Of a stretch of 64,000 nt of DNA, positions 14,684 to 26,958 are shown piece after piece; the first letter of the stretch is position 1, and each line of letters begins with the position of its first letter. Both the position numbers and the translations under genes were made by a program. Below the pieces are notes generated by a model. It did no database searches. It had not been told where the DNA came from and saw only the letters and a list, made by a program, of their open reading frames with translations. Origin of the DNA: Podarcis pityusensis (taxonomy: Eukaryota); assembly GCA_964106645.2 (NCBI GenBank), contig OZ067041.1, one strand, 5' to 3'.

Positions 14684-16112
14684 TAATAACAGTCCTCTCC
14701 CTCCCCCCCCCTTCACAGGCCACAGATTACTTAATAGCCATAGGCCTGGGTAAAGAGGAATGTTTTTGCCTGGTGTCTAAATATCTGTAACAATGCTGCC
14801 AGGCGAGCCTCTCTGGGGAGAGCATTCCACAAAATATCCTATTGCCAATAAGAAAGAAAATAAAAAGGCCTACCTTTAGTTCCCACACAATTAAAATTAT
14901 AGTATTTCCCAGGTTAAAGGGCTTCACTATTCAGCAGGTTTTAACCCCACCACTGCTGTCTTTTAGAAATTGTCTCTCAACCAGTCAATAATTGTATTAA
15001 ATTCTGTGGTAAGAACACTGAAACCCTGAAGTATATCAGTTTGTTCCAAAGCCTGTTGAAGCTATTGGGATTATTGCCACACTAAGTTCAATAAGCTTTG
15101 AAACAGGAAGATGTGACAAACTAAAATAAATCTTAGTAAATTCACAACATGGAAAATGACCTTGAAACAGGCTGCATTTTTGCTTATACTGTACTTGTAC
15201 AGTAGTTGTGCTGTAACAAAGCTCCAGGGAAATTTACATACCCATCTGGATAAAAAATATAATTCATTTACACCTCGCCACGTGGGTGAAACATGCAAAT
15301 TAAAAACCCTTTTTTCTTGTGACAAATAGTGGTCGTCTTTCTATTTTTGCCTCTAGTGTGAATTATTGTTTCCCGTTCTTTGCTCTAATTGTTTAGGGGA
15401 AAACATACAATTTACACTTCAAAGAGTTGCTGTAAATGAGTTGGGCATTGTGCAATCGTGTGAAAGTTTTAATATTATATTGCTGAAACTCTGAAGACCT
15501 TCCACTCATTAAAGTGAAAGATTTTGCCTAGTTTTAATTTGGAAACTGGCAAGTTTGTATTTGCTTCGTCTAGTAGAAATGTGTCAAGTTTGACTGGAGA
15601 ACTTCCCCCCACAATGGCCGATCTGATCTACTCCAGTGTACACAACTGGAGCACTGCAATATTTGAGTGGGAAGATTGCCAATAGGTATCTTTAAAATTG
15701 CAGCTGTTATAGCCGTAAGACACTGTACCACCTTGTCACTTACTGTTTTGTTCCTTAGCTACCTTCCTATTTACTATCAGCAGCTGATGATTCGTTAGCA
15801 GCAGCTTTCCATTTGCCGCTAAATACCTCCACAGGGTTAGCCTGCTTCGATGTCACCTGGTATCTGCAGGCTGTCTTTACCACAACAGGAATAGGCTATA
15901 TAGCAGTGTCTTACCTTTGAGGTGCTTGAGGATATGAATCAGGGTTGCCACAGGGACATTTTGTATAAGCAAATGTAGCCTTCTTATCAGGTGGTGTGAA
16001 TGAAAAGAACCTGAAGATGCCAAGAACAGTTGTAGACCCATGATTGCACCCTGATAAGTAGGGAGTGATCCTATTTACAGCAGGGTTTTTTCCCATAGAT
16101 CCCAGTCTGCTA

Positions 16113-16499
16113 TGCATTGCAGTGAGCTTGGATAGCTCACTTGGTTAGAGTGTGGTGCTGATAATTCAAGACACAAGGGAGAAACATGCTATGAGGAAGG
16201 CAGGTTTGGCAAATCCACACCGTGATCAACTCCTGCCCGGAAACCAATGTCCCCACTGTGGAAGGATGTGTGGTTCCAGAATTGGCCTCCACAGTCACTT
16301 ACGGACTCATTGTTAAAACCATGTTTCTGGAAGACAATCTTACTCGGCTATAAGTGATTGCCAAAGAAGAAGAAGGTGCTGATAATGCCAAGGTTGCAGG
16401 TTCAATCCCTGTATGGGACAGCTGCATATTCCTGCATTGCAGTGAGTTGGACTAGAATAGATGATCCTCAGGGTCCCTTCCAACTCTACAATTCTATGA
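16113..16499 (+). mobile_element. tRNA-Ile-headed SINE with CR1-type tail, interrupted by an RTE insertion
   Basis: TAGCTCACTTGGTTAGAGTGTGGTGCTGATAA..GCCAAGGTTGCAGGTTCAATCCCTGTATGGGACA resembles tRNA-Ile; tail ATTCCTGCATTGCAG..TTGGACTAG..CCTTCCAACTCTACAATTCTATGA. Confidence 0.75.
16165..16374 (+). mobile_element. RTE-clade LINE 3' fragment
   Basis: Encodes NQCPHCGRMCGSRIGLHSHLRTHC*; (GAA)n tail; 11-bp TSD GGTGCTGATAA at 16154 and 16375. Confidence 0.8.
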
Positions 16500-18384
16500 A
16501 ACTAGTATCTGGATTGGCCACCTATTAGCTTCCCACACCCAATTACATTGGTTTTTAAAAGCAGATATAGTTTCCCATCATATCTTCTATTTTTCCTGCA
16601 GCTTGTTGCATTTTTTCTGATTTTAACATCTGCCTGTATTGTATGTTATTTTTATATTTATGTTATGTTGAAATTTTAAGTATTTATTGATTAATCGTAT
16701 ATGGAATTGATATCCACAATGCAGAGTGGCATAGAAATCTTTTAAACAAACAAGCAAACACTTTATATGCATCCTGTGCAAGTAGGAACACCCTGTCACC
16801 CTCATACAATCTCTATAATTTTCACATTTTGCCAGATCAGCTTATGAAGAAAAGGACTGTGATGCTTTGAATCAACAAAGAAAGGACCAAAGAAGAAAAT
16901 ACACATCTTTAATTAAAAGCAGTTCAAGTGCTAATGTTTCCTGCAAAAATAAATAAATAAATCACACTGCAGCAGAATTGATTGTTTGTTTTCCAATATT
17001 TAAATCTTTGTCAGAGCTCAAAGGCAGGGGTGCTACTTGCAGTTAAACCTTGTGATAAACTACCCTTGGCAACACTGTGTTGATTCATTATGTTAACAGC
17101 TAAGCATTTCTTATAATTTATGGTTACGATGCATTAACTGAAGTTTATAGTGCTATGTACAGAACAACAGTAGTAATTGTTCAATTCCACTTCCAGTAGT
17201 TTCATGCAAAAGTTGCAGGAGCTAAAGAAACTTTCTCATGGGTGAACCTTGCAGTCTCACAGCTGGATTGTCCCCATTCCCCACCTTGCTGCAGCCATTT
17301 CTGCCCTTTCTTGTCACCATTCCAGAGAGTTCTTCAACCCATGGGAGCATCTGGGGGGGGGGGACAGAGAGATAGGGAGGAGCCAAGAGAACCCCACTGC
17401 CAAGCAGATTATGCTCAGTTATCTTTGGATGTAACCATTTGCCTTTTCCACTTAAATGAAAGGGGGTAGCAGAACCCTTCACAGAACCTTGAGGAAGAGA
17501 CCACCCTGTCTACAACCCTATGCATGTTTACTCAAAATTAAGTCCACAGGATTGCCATCTCCCAGTTTACCTGGGGGGTCAGCCCATTAGACTTGCTGGA
17601 ACTTATTTCTGTGGAGAATTCCACTGCTTGATTCTTGTTCAACTTGGGTCTTGAATGACCTTTTGTTTTAGGAAAACTGAACCTATTAACGTTAGAGTCA
17701 GATTTATTTTTATTCTGAATACTGTAGTTGTGTAAATAGGACCAGATTAGCCATGCAATGATGATGTTTCTCTTCTGCTTGTGCACTGCATACCAATAAG
17801 CTTCCTGCTCAATTTAAAACGATGGTTCCTACATTTAACCTCACTTTATGACCTGGGACCAATGTATCTTAGAGAGTATCTCCCCCAATATGGACCAAAT
17901 TTAGGATCACTATCTAGGTTCTTTCCACCCAGAAAGTTAGACTGTCCTGCTTCTAATATGTGACATCCTTAGTGGTTGCCCAAGTTGTGTGAAATGATCT
18001 TCTGCTTATGTCTTCTTTGGAACATATGTAAGAGTCAATGTGTCATTAAATATATGACTTAATATCACATGTATATTTTTAAAACTGCAGTTAACATAGC
18101 TAAAGATACTGATCAAGACATGGACTACTGCAGGTGTCAATGGAGAATTTAACCAATGTTGTCAATGAGATCTTCATTCCTGATGAAAATTGCAGCTGGT
18201 GGGGGGGAAATAATTTTCATCAAGACTATGAGGGGAGAGACCTTCAGCAAGACTGTGGTGGGGTAAAGGGTTAAATTCCCCTTCTCTACCTACTGCTGCC
18301 TTAATGCTGATCTGCCCCCTACCCCAGCATCTATCTGCATTTTAAAAAATGCATGCACTGCAACATTAAATCATGTGTTTGAGA

Positions 18385-18600
18385 GCCACTGTAGTAAATA
18401 GAAGATTGGACTAGGACCTGGCAGACCAGACTTCCAATCCCCACTCAGGCATGACTCACTGGGTGACCTTCAGCCAATTACCCTCTTTCAGCCTAACCTA
18501 CTTCACAGGGTTGTTGTGAGGTTAAAATAGTAAGGGGGAAAATCATGCATGCCACCTTGAATTCCTTGGAGGAAAATCGGGGTATAGATATAATAATAAT
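18385..18600 (+). mobile_element. MIR/Ther1-like squamate SINE with (AAT)n tail
   Basis: Core CTGGGTGACCTT...CAGCCTAACCTAC.TCACAGGGTTGTTGTGAGG; related copy on the minus strand at ~21540-21760. Confidence 0.6.
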
Positions 18601-19062
18601 GTTGTTGTTGTTTAGTTGTTTAGTCATGTCCAACTCTTCGTGACCCCATGGACCAGAGCACTCCAGGCACTCCTGTCTTCCACTGCCTCCCGCAGTTTGG
18701 TCAAACTCATGCTGGTGGCTTTGAGAACACTATCCAACCATCTCGTCCTCTGTCGTCCCCTTCTCCTTGTGCCCTCAATCTTTCCCAACATCAGGGTGTT
18801 TTCCAGGGAGTCTTCTCTTCTCATGAGGTGGCCAAAGTACTGGAGCCTCAGCTTCACGATCTGTCCTTCCAGTGAGCACTCAGGGCTGATTTCCTTAAGA
18901 ATGGATAGGTTTGATCTTCTTGCAGTCCATGGGACTCTCAAGAGTCTCCTCCAGCACCATAATTCAAAAGCATCAATTCTTTGGCGATCAGCCTTCTATA
19001 TGGTCCAGCTCTCACTTCCATACATCACTACTGGGAAAACCATAGCTTTAACTATACGGACC
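18601..19062 (-). mobile_element. BovB (RTE) LINE 3' fragment
   Basis: Minus-strand ORF ..SILKEISPECSLEGQIVKLRLQYFGHLMRREDSLE..LMLGKIEG.RRRGRQR.RWLD..; (CAA)n tail; sits inside an (AAT)n tract. Confidence 0.92.
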
Positions 19063-20588
19063 AATAATAATAATAATAATTAATAAATAAAGTCACATGG
19101 CCCTTGCCTTATATTTTTATGGAACTAATAGAGAGAAAATGATTAAATATGATTTAGATTTCCGGCTAGCTTAGCATGCTCCTGTATTTATTTATTTTTA
19201 AATCAGTGCTCCACCTGTCATAGGAATTTAGGAGTAACCTCTTATAATCTCAAGCAGCTGGGTTTCTTTGTTCTTCAATTGAGACCTATGCTTCTGATTT
19301 TCTCTCTCCTTCTGTTCTTTGATATAAACATTCTTTTGATTTTTCTATTAATTTTTTTTTTTACCTGGTCTAGAAAGACTAAAGAAACTAACCAAATCAG
19401 ATGTAATTTACGATTTATTTGATATTGCCTATTTAATTCAGCCATGTTTATTAAAAAGGACTCCTTATGAATTCTTAATGGAAGTGTCTGCAATCACTTG
19501 CCCTGGCAATTTTAACACTTGAGTGCAAGGGGAAATGATTATAATGATTAGACTGCTGGCTCTTGTTTGATATTTTGTAAATCTTTCACTTTTTATAAGG
19601 CACCAACTTTTAATAACCAAATTTAATAACAATTCACTTCAAAGAGTAGAAGTAAAAAAACAAGCTTTTTTTAAAAAAAGAAACTTCAATGCACCATGAG
19701 CAAGTGATTAAAATTACTGTTTTACCTTGAGAAATCTGAAAGATAAACGTGGGTGACTGCTGTACTGATTGGTTTTCTATTAAGGCTCATTTTAACTGTA
19801 GCTGATTGCTAGTCAGGGAACTCTTATACATGTCTACTCAGAAGTAAGCCTCATTAAGTCCTATGGGATTTACTCCGAAGCAGGTGAGTGCAGGATTGCA
19901 GCCAGTTGCCCATCACTGGAAAGGACATACCTTACTGCAGCACACTTGAACTTTCCATTCTTTGGGAATTTTCATTGCATAATATAGCCAGATAACAGGA
20001 CTGATCTCGATCACTGTTAACTCTACCATGAAAATATATGAACTGGCCACTCCGGGCCACAGATTTTGAACAGAATAGAAGACAAAAGTGTGGAAGGGCA
20101 TGGGACTATGCACACCACCCTCAACATAAGCATCTCTGACCTCTTCAGCTCTACTCCTGAAGGGTTAGTCTGAAAGGGGTTTTTGTGTGTGCATTCAACA
20201 GAACACCCTTCAAATCTTCTGCAGTCAGGTATTCTGATATTTCAGGGTTTCCAGCAATGGGGAGGTCTCTAACTCAATGTTCAAAGAATCACTTTTCATA
20301 CCTTCCACCTCTGTATAAGATCAGGGTAGAGCTGGTTTGGGTAAGTTTCCAAGTATACATGAACAGGGCTAAATAGATATCCCAGTGATGTACGATCAGT
20401 AGAAGCCCCAGGAAATGAACAGGTGAAATAATGTGAAGTTAAGAAAGCCAAGAAATAGGGCAGGTGCTGCAGGAGTTGTTACAGGTCAAAGAACTGAAAC
20501 ATCATTGGACCCATGTGAATATCTGTGACATCGCAAAGATCTCCAATTTGCTCAATTCTTCCCTGCCACTCACCAGTGAATGTCTACA

Positions 20589-21008
20589 TAGGGATGAGGA
20601 GAAATTCAATTCAGTTCACATTTAAAGTCAAACCCGCCTAGTTTGCACTTTCCAAAATAATACACAGATTGAAACAACCACCCTTCGAAATTGATACTCT
20701 GCTAATTTTTGCAATGCAGTTCTCCATCCAAGTAGTTAGCACAAAAATGCAAATACTAGCGTAAACTGTGCATAAAATTCCTATATTTGTGAAAATAGCT
20801 TTAGAAATTAGTGGAAATTGCTTTGCATTAAAATGTGTATTTGGGGCCAAATTGCATACAGACATGCATGTTGTGAGAAATTACTGATGAATTTTCATGA
20901 GGAATTTTTTAAAAACACAAACTAATGCAGAAATGTGAAGAACTAAACTTGCGACTGGGAAAGCTAAAAACTGAGGGAAACAGAAACTGATAGATTTGGC
21001 CATCCCCG
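20589..21008. mobile_element. Old hAT (Ac-type terminus) MITE
   Basis: TAGGGATG...CATCCCCG termini; degenerate 8-bp TSD TGTCTACA/TGTTTACC. Confidence 0.55.
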
Positions 21009-24000
21009 TGTTTACCTAAAAGTATGTTCCATTGAATTCAGTAAGATTTACTCTTGGTGAATATGTTTAGGATTGCAGCCTTAATATTATGCCATTTTTA
21101 TTCCAAGTTGAAAATGTGTTTGGAAAAGTATGTTTTTGTGCCATTTAAAAAAAACTAAAAGATTCCATCAGTAGTCTTAAGGACAGTCTCCAGAGTGATT
21201 ATTCGGTTAAAGCATATTGCAAAAATTAATGAAGAGCTGTAGAACAGACACATAGCAGACATTGGAAATATAAACTTGGCAATTATGCAAGCATATAAAT
21301 TAGTAGGAAAGTATAGAACAAACACCAATTAAGTCATAACAATTACAGAGGGAATAGTAGAATGAACACTAGAAGGTGAAATGCTAAAGAAATGCTGAAA
21401 CATTTACATTCTGAACATTTCATGAATTTATACTGATGTGCATAGCTACAGGGCTCAATGTTTATTTATGCCAAATTGAAAAACTAGAAGGATGGTTTGG
21501 CCGTAAAGAAATTCAATGTGGAAGTACTTTTTAATTTTTTTTATTGCATTTCTATTCCATTTTCCTCCATGCAGCTCAAGGTGGTGTACATGGTTCTCCC
21601 CATTTTATCCCCTCAAGAACTCAGCCTAACCTACAAGAGGTAAGTTAGGCTGAGAGACCGTGACTGACTCATGGTCGGCCAGAGAGCTTCATGGCTGAGC
21701 GGGTAATTGAACCCTGGTCTCCCAGATCCTTGTCTTACACTTTAACCACTATGCCACACTGACTTACAGTCAAAGCACACTAATGCTGCAACTCTATACT
21801 AACTTACCTGTGAGTAAGTCCCATTAAGCTAAGATTCAGTGGAACTGACTTCTGAGTAGACAGGGATAGGTGTGTGCTGTTATTTGATAGCACACTGTAT
21901 TGATTTCACAGTTGTTTCTGAGGAAATGTGCACAGCCTGTATCACAATACAGGCTGTGTCACAATATAGCACTTTTTCATCCCTTTCTTCACAAGAAAAT
22001 AGTGGTGTAGGCAAAGTGACAATTTCCTATGAGATGTACTCTTTCTCACAGTGCACACTGAAGGGTTATATCATAAGCAATGATGTGCCTGTGTTCCAGT
22101 GCACCTTCAATATTCTGCATGAGGAAGGGAAGGTGTGCAAGCAGATGAATATATGCAAGCTCAATGCCTCTGGCTACTATACCATATCACAAACTTTTTA
22201 AAAACAACACTTGAACATCAAGAATGTTATCACTGGATAGTCATATTAAATTCAGCTTCTTAAAATTCAGTGTGCTGAAGTGTCTTGCAGAAAGTCAAAG
22301 GACTGTTGACCATTTATTTAATTAGAATTACTAGATCTAGGTTATACAGCATGTCTGTAGAAGCACTGGACTGAACAAAAGGAGAGTGTGGTTACAGATG
22401 GAAGTCTGTTGAACCTTATTTGCATACCACTTACGTAGTTATACTGTACTTCACACAAATCAGCTTTTTACTAAGGCCACATGTATTGTGTAACACAACT
22501 GTTCCTGATAGGGGTCGGAAACCTCTGGCCTGTGGACCAAACTTGGCTTGCCTGGCATTCCCATTTGTATTGCGAGGCCATTTTTGGAAGCCACACTCAC
22601 CTGCCATACATCTGGCATAATACATGACATCAGGTGTGCTGCGGGCTTCAAAAGAACATTTTGGGACATCAAGTGAGCATTCAACTGTTCCTTTGTTGGA
22701 GTAAGGAGGTGGAAGCGGTTTCTATTCAACAGAAACTGCCTCTCCATCCCAGCACTGCAGAGCTGTCTGAAAGCCGATTCCCAAACACCCCTCTCTGCAG
22801 TTTAAGGAGCAGCATGAGGCTGCCAGGAAAAGGGCTTTCAATCAGCCCTTTGTTGCTCTTTAAGTCTTTAAGCCAGGTGCGAGGAGACTACAGGGCTGTG
22901 GAATCTACTCTGATTTTTACTTGAACTCCAAGGTCCGTTGACTGGTGCCAGATACAAAATGGTGGCTCAGATGATGAAGCCAATTACCTACTGTATCCTA
23001 CACAGGCATGACGTGTATATTCAAGCACAAATCTACATCTGAGTTATTGCAGAGCAGAGAATATAATAGCCTAAGTTAGGGGGGAAGAGACTTTTTTGTT
23101 GGTCAGAAACTCTTGCCCAACTGTTGCATATTATCCAGCATTCTACCAGTAGAGTTTGAGGGACCTTCTATCGCCCCACTGACAAATAAACATTCCCTGT
23201 TTAAATTACTGGTGATAATTTTGTGAAGACAGTTATATTTCAGTGCACAGAGTACACACGAGCCAAGGACAAACCCTTTAGATAATGTCTTTAGTATACA
23301 TTATGCATATTTCTTTTATATATGTATAGAAGCTATTGTTGTCTTACTGCTGTGGGAAATCCATGAATTATAGCATTAAGAGCCAACATTATGAGGTTAA
23401 AAAATTGACATGCAAACCTGAATATGTGGGTTAATGAAATGTCTAACGAAAAAAGTCATATTAATTAGTGGATTCACAGAATTCTTCACAGCTATATTTT
23501 AGAAATGCCAAAGTGTAATGCATTAGCATGGTGGGTGGGCGGTTTGTGCCTTCATCTAGAGAGAATCACTCCAAGTGTCTTTGTCTTCAATCTCCTGTCC
23601 TTTTCTGTCATAATTTGTATGCTGAAAAGCACTGCCTCTTTTTGAAAATCTTTTGTGAAACAGAAATTGCAAGTAATGTTTATGGCCTTAGATATAATTA
23701 GGAGGGCTACAGACAGAGCTTTGTTTTTACTTTTATTTAAAAGATGGATTGAGTTTTCAAAGTTTCATTAGCATTGTCGTCTATGCTGGTAAGTGATTAT
23801 GGATTTTTCCCCTTCATTGGTTTCGGATTGGTATTTGGTGTCAGCATAATCTCTCTCTGAATCTCCAGATGGCAGACTTGTTGACTGCCTCACTGCAACT
23901 TGAATACCAGCATGAGTGTAGGTATCTAATCTCTTATCACAACACTTATCAACACTAAACTATTACCATTCTTCTTTTAGGAGATGGGCTAATTATCTGA

Positions 24001-24169
24001 ACATTCACAATCTCTACACCCTTTGGAAACATCCTCTTGTTATCCAGCCTGGATATCAGAACATGTGTAGGGTCAGCTCCAGATACCAGATTTTGGGGGA
24101 CCAAATCCTTTAAAGCCAGTCCTTCTGCCTGTTGCTAGATATGGGATAACCAGAGTAGCACATGATACA

Positions 24170-24560
24170 CAGTGTGCAAGAACCATTGCTATTTATTAGG
24201 TGACAAGTTGTTAAAAATGTTCCCATCAACCTCAGTAATATGCTGGAAATGTAACAAGGCTGAAGGAAATTTTGCTCATATATTGTGGAATTGTACTCAA
24301 ATTAAAGAATATGTGTGGGGCTGTGTCAGATTATTAGAGAAATTACAGGATCCAGTTTACCAATGAATCCTGCCACAATGCTTTCAGGTTATATTTAAAA
24401 GCTGGAGAAAGAATCTGACTGTTTTGGTAATGCAAATATTGAAAGTTGCTTGGATCTTGGTCATAAAAAACCCCTGAAGAACAAATATGGTTCCATCAAA
24501 TGATCAATGACTGAGGCAAAGTTAGGATATCATGGTGATGAATAATTTTTTTACATACAA
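24170..24560 (+). mobile_element. Decayed L1 ORF2 C-terminal fragment
   Basis: CWKCNKAEGNFAHILWNC zinc knuckle (CX2CX8HX4C). Confidence 0.6.
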
Positions 24561-26033
24561 TTATGAGAAGGAAGAATTCAGCATTGGTCAACCCCAGCTG
24601 TCAGCTGACAACATATCAACTAGCAGGCAGGCTGATTGATCAATGGATATATGCCCAATGTTAATGTCAAACCTATTCTTCTGTAATCAAAAAAATTGTG
24701 GCCGAATTAAATTCAACACTGGACTCCTTGTCTTTATTTGAAACTTGCTTCCCTACCCATGGCTTCACAGTGCCTGGGTCCTCAAGAGGATAACAAAATG
24801 CATGATCAAAACTTGTTTAAAGAAACCTGCAATTTTGACTCAGAATTCACCCTCCCTTTAACAAGTGTCTCCTAGTCTTGACTATACCAAGGAAATTGGC
24901 TATTATTTTCTTAGTCTAAGGATTGGTGCCTGCTGTTAAAATGGAACATAAAGTTCACCTCAATTCCCTAAGTGTAAAGAATATACTGTGGAGATAAATC
25001 GGGCTCTTATATCCCTATAAAAATTACAATATAGAAGGGCATGGGCTTTCAGCTGAGCCACTTTCGCAAGGACAAACTCTCAAATGTCAAGGTAAATCGA
25101 CCTTCTTTGATTGCCAATGGCAAAGCACTAAATGTAGCCATTGTAAATGGACACAACATTCAGCATGGACATGCTCTTGAGAATCCAGCCATTTAGGACT
25201 GACTCATGCTTAAAAATCAGGGTATGGTAAGGACACAGAACTCCCTGCTGGTGGGAACAGGGCAGTTTCTATTTCCTGCACTGCTATATATGCACCTTTG
25301 ATGGATCATGACCTTTCCTAAACCACAGCATTGTTTTTTCTCTTCTTCTCACCTTAAGGATGTTCAGCTAGCACAGAGGTAGTTTCTGAACATTCTGTGC
25401 TGACAGATGGGTTTTAACTGTCTCCTTACTAGTTAAACCTTATACATATGCTGCTGAGACATTTTCAAAACAAGTGGAAGAGAAATTCCTAAAACATACG
25501 GTACATTTCCCTTTCATTCTAATTTTAGTTTGCTGTTTTCTCTGTGAAGTATATTAGTTGCTATAGAAACCACTAGGGCCTAAGGGTGGGTGTGGTTTTA
25601 AGTATGAAGGCCAATACCTGAGTTATGGATCCCAAATTATGGTGCAAAATTATTTTAAAATGTTTTTGTTTGATATGAAATATTATGGGTGATATCCAGT
25701 GTTGGGGAAATGGACCTCTGCTTGTACTATGAGAATTTCCTTCCCTTTCCCCCCTTTCCCCTTTCCCTTCCTGCCACAGCCCTTGTCTCACCTCCCAAGT
25801 CTGATCCAGAGGGGAGGCCTTTGAAGCAGTCTTAGGAGGTGATGAGGGCTTCAGTAACTCCTTTTGGGTGAGCGGAGTCTGTTCCTTTCATAGATGGATA
25901 TAACTGGGTGACATGCTATATAACTCTATGCTGAAGCAAGCAAATAGGCAATAAACTGATGAATAAATAGATATGTGGACACACACAAATACTCAGCCTA
26001 ACCTACCTCAGAGACCAACTAAGTTTGTTCTTG

Positions 26034-26071
26034 GTATGAGCTTTCGTGTGCATGCACACTTCTTCAGATAC
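26034..26071 (-). ncRNA. Minimal type I hammerhead ribozyme motif in the Penelope pseudo-LTR
   Basis: Minus strand GUAU-CUGAAGA-A-GUGUGCAUGCACAC-GAAA-GC-UC^AUAC: core boxes, hairpin II, stem I GUAU/AUAC, loopless palindromic stem III. Confidence 0.7.
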
Positions 26072-26714
26072 ACTGAAACAGAAGTCACCAGACCTTTATA
26101 TATAGGGAGAGGGTGGGGAGGGGTATTACTCAGAAGGGTGGTGGGAATGGGTGATTGGCTGATAGGTGTTGACGACTGTTAACGACTGCAATTGCCCTTA
26201 CAGGAAAAAGCAAGGGATGAGATGACCAAAAATAGCTTTATCATGTATAATGAGATAAGAATCCAATGTCTCTATTCAGACCAGGTCTCTCCATGGTTTT
26301 AAGTTTGGTAATAAGTTGTAATTCAGCAACTTCTCTTTCCAGTCTATTTCTGTAATTCTTTTGTAATATGACAGCTACTTTGAGATGTTGTATAGAATGT
26401 CCTGGGAGACTGAAGTGTTCTCCTACTGGTTTCTCTGTCTTGTGATTCCTGATGTCAGATTTTTGTCCATTTATCCTTTGGTGTAGGGTTTGGTCTGTTT
26501 GTCCAATATAGAGAGCTGAAGGGCACTGTTGGCATTTGATAGCATACCCATTCCCACCACCCTTCTGAGTAATACCCCTCCCCACCCTCTCCCTATATAT
26601 ACAGGTCTGGTGACTTCTGTTTCAGTGTATCTGAAGAAGTGTGCATGCACACGGAAGATCATACCAAGAACAAACTTAGTTGGTCTCTAAGATGCTACTG
26701 GACATTTATCTATA

Positions 26715-26958
26715 CCGTATTTTTCGCTCTATAAGATGCACCACACCATAAGACGCACCTAGTTTTTGGAAGAGGAAAACAAGAAAAAAAATATTTTGAA
26801 TTTCAGATGCCAGAACTGTGCAGTGAAAGCAGCGATCTGTCTTGCTGTTCTGGCTTCTGGGATAGCTGCGCAGCCTGCATTCGCTCCATAGGACGCACAC
26901 ACATTTCCCCTTACTTTTTAGGAGGGAAAAAGTGAGTCTTATAGAGCAAAAAATACGG
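26715..26958. mobile_element. Tc1/mariner MITE, family C, inserted in the Penelope pseudo-LTR
   Basis: TIR CCGTATTTTTCGCTCTATAAGA..TCTTATAGAGCAAAAAATACGG, TA TSD. Confidence 0.88.

Noticed and set aside
18616-19083. 155-aa plus-strand ORF
   Set aside because: Antisense frame of the BovB fragment.
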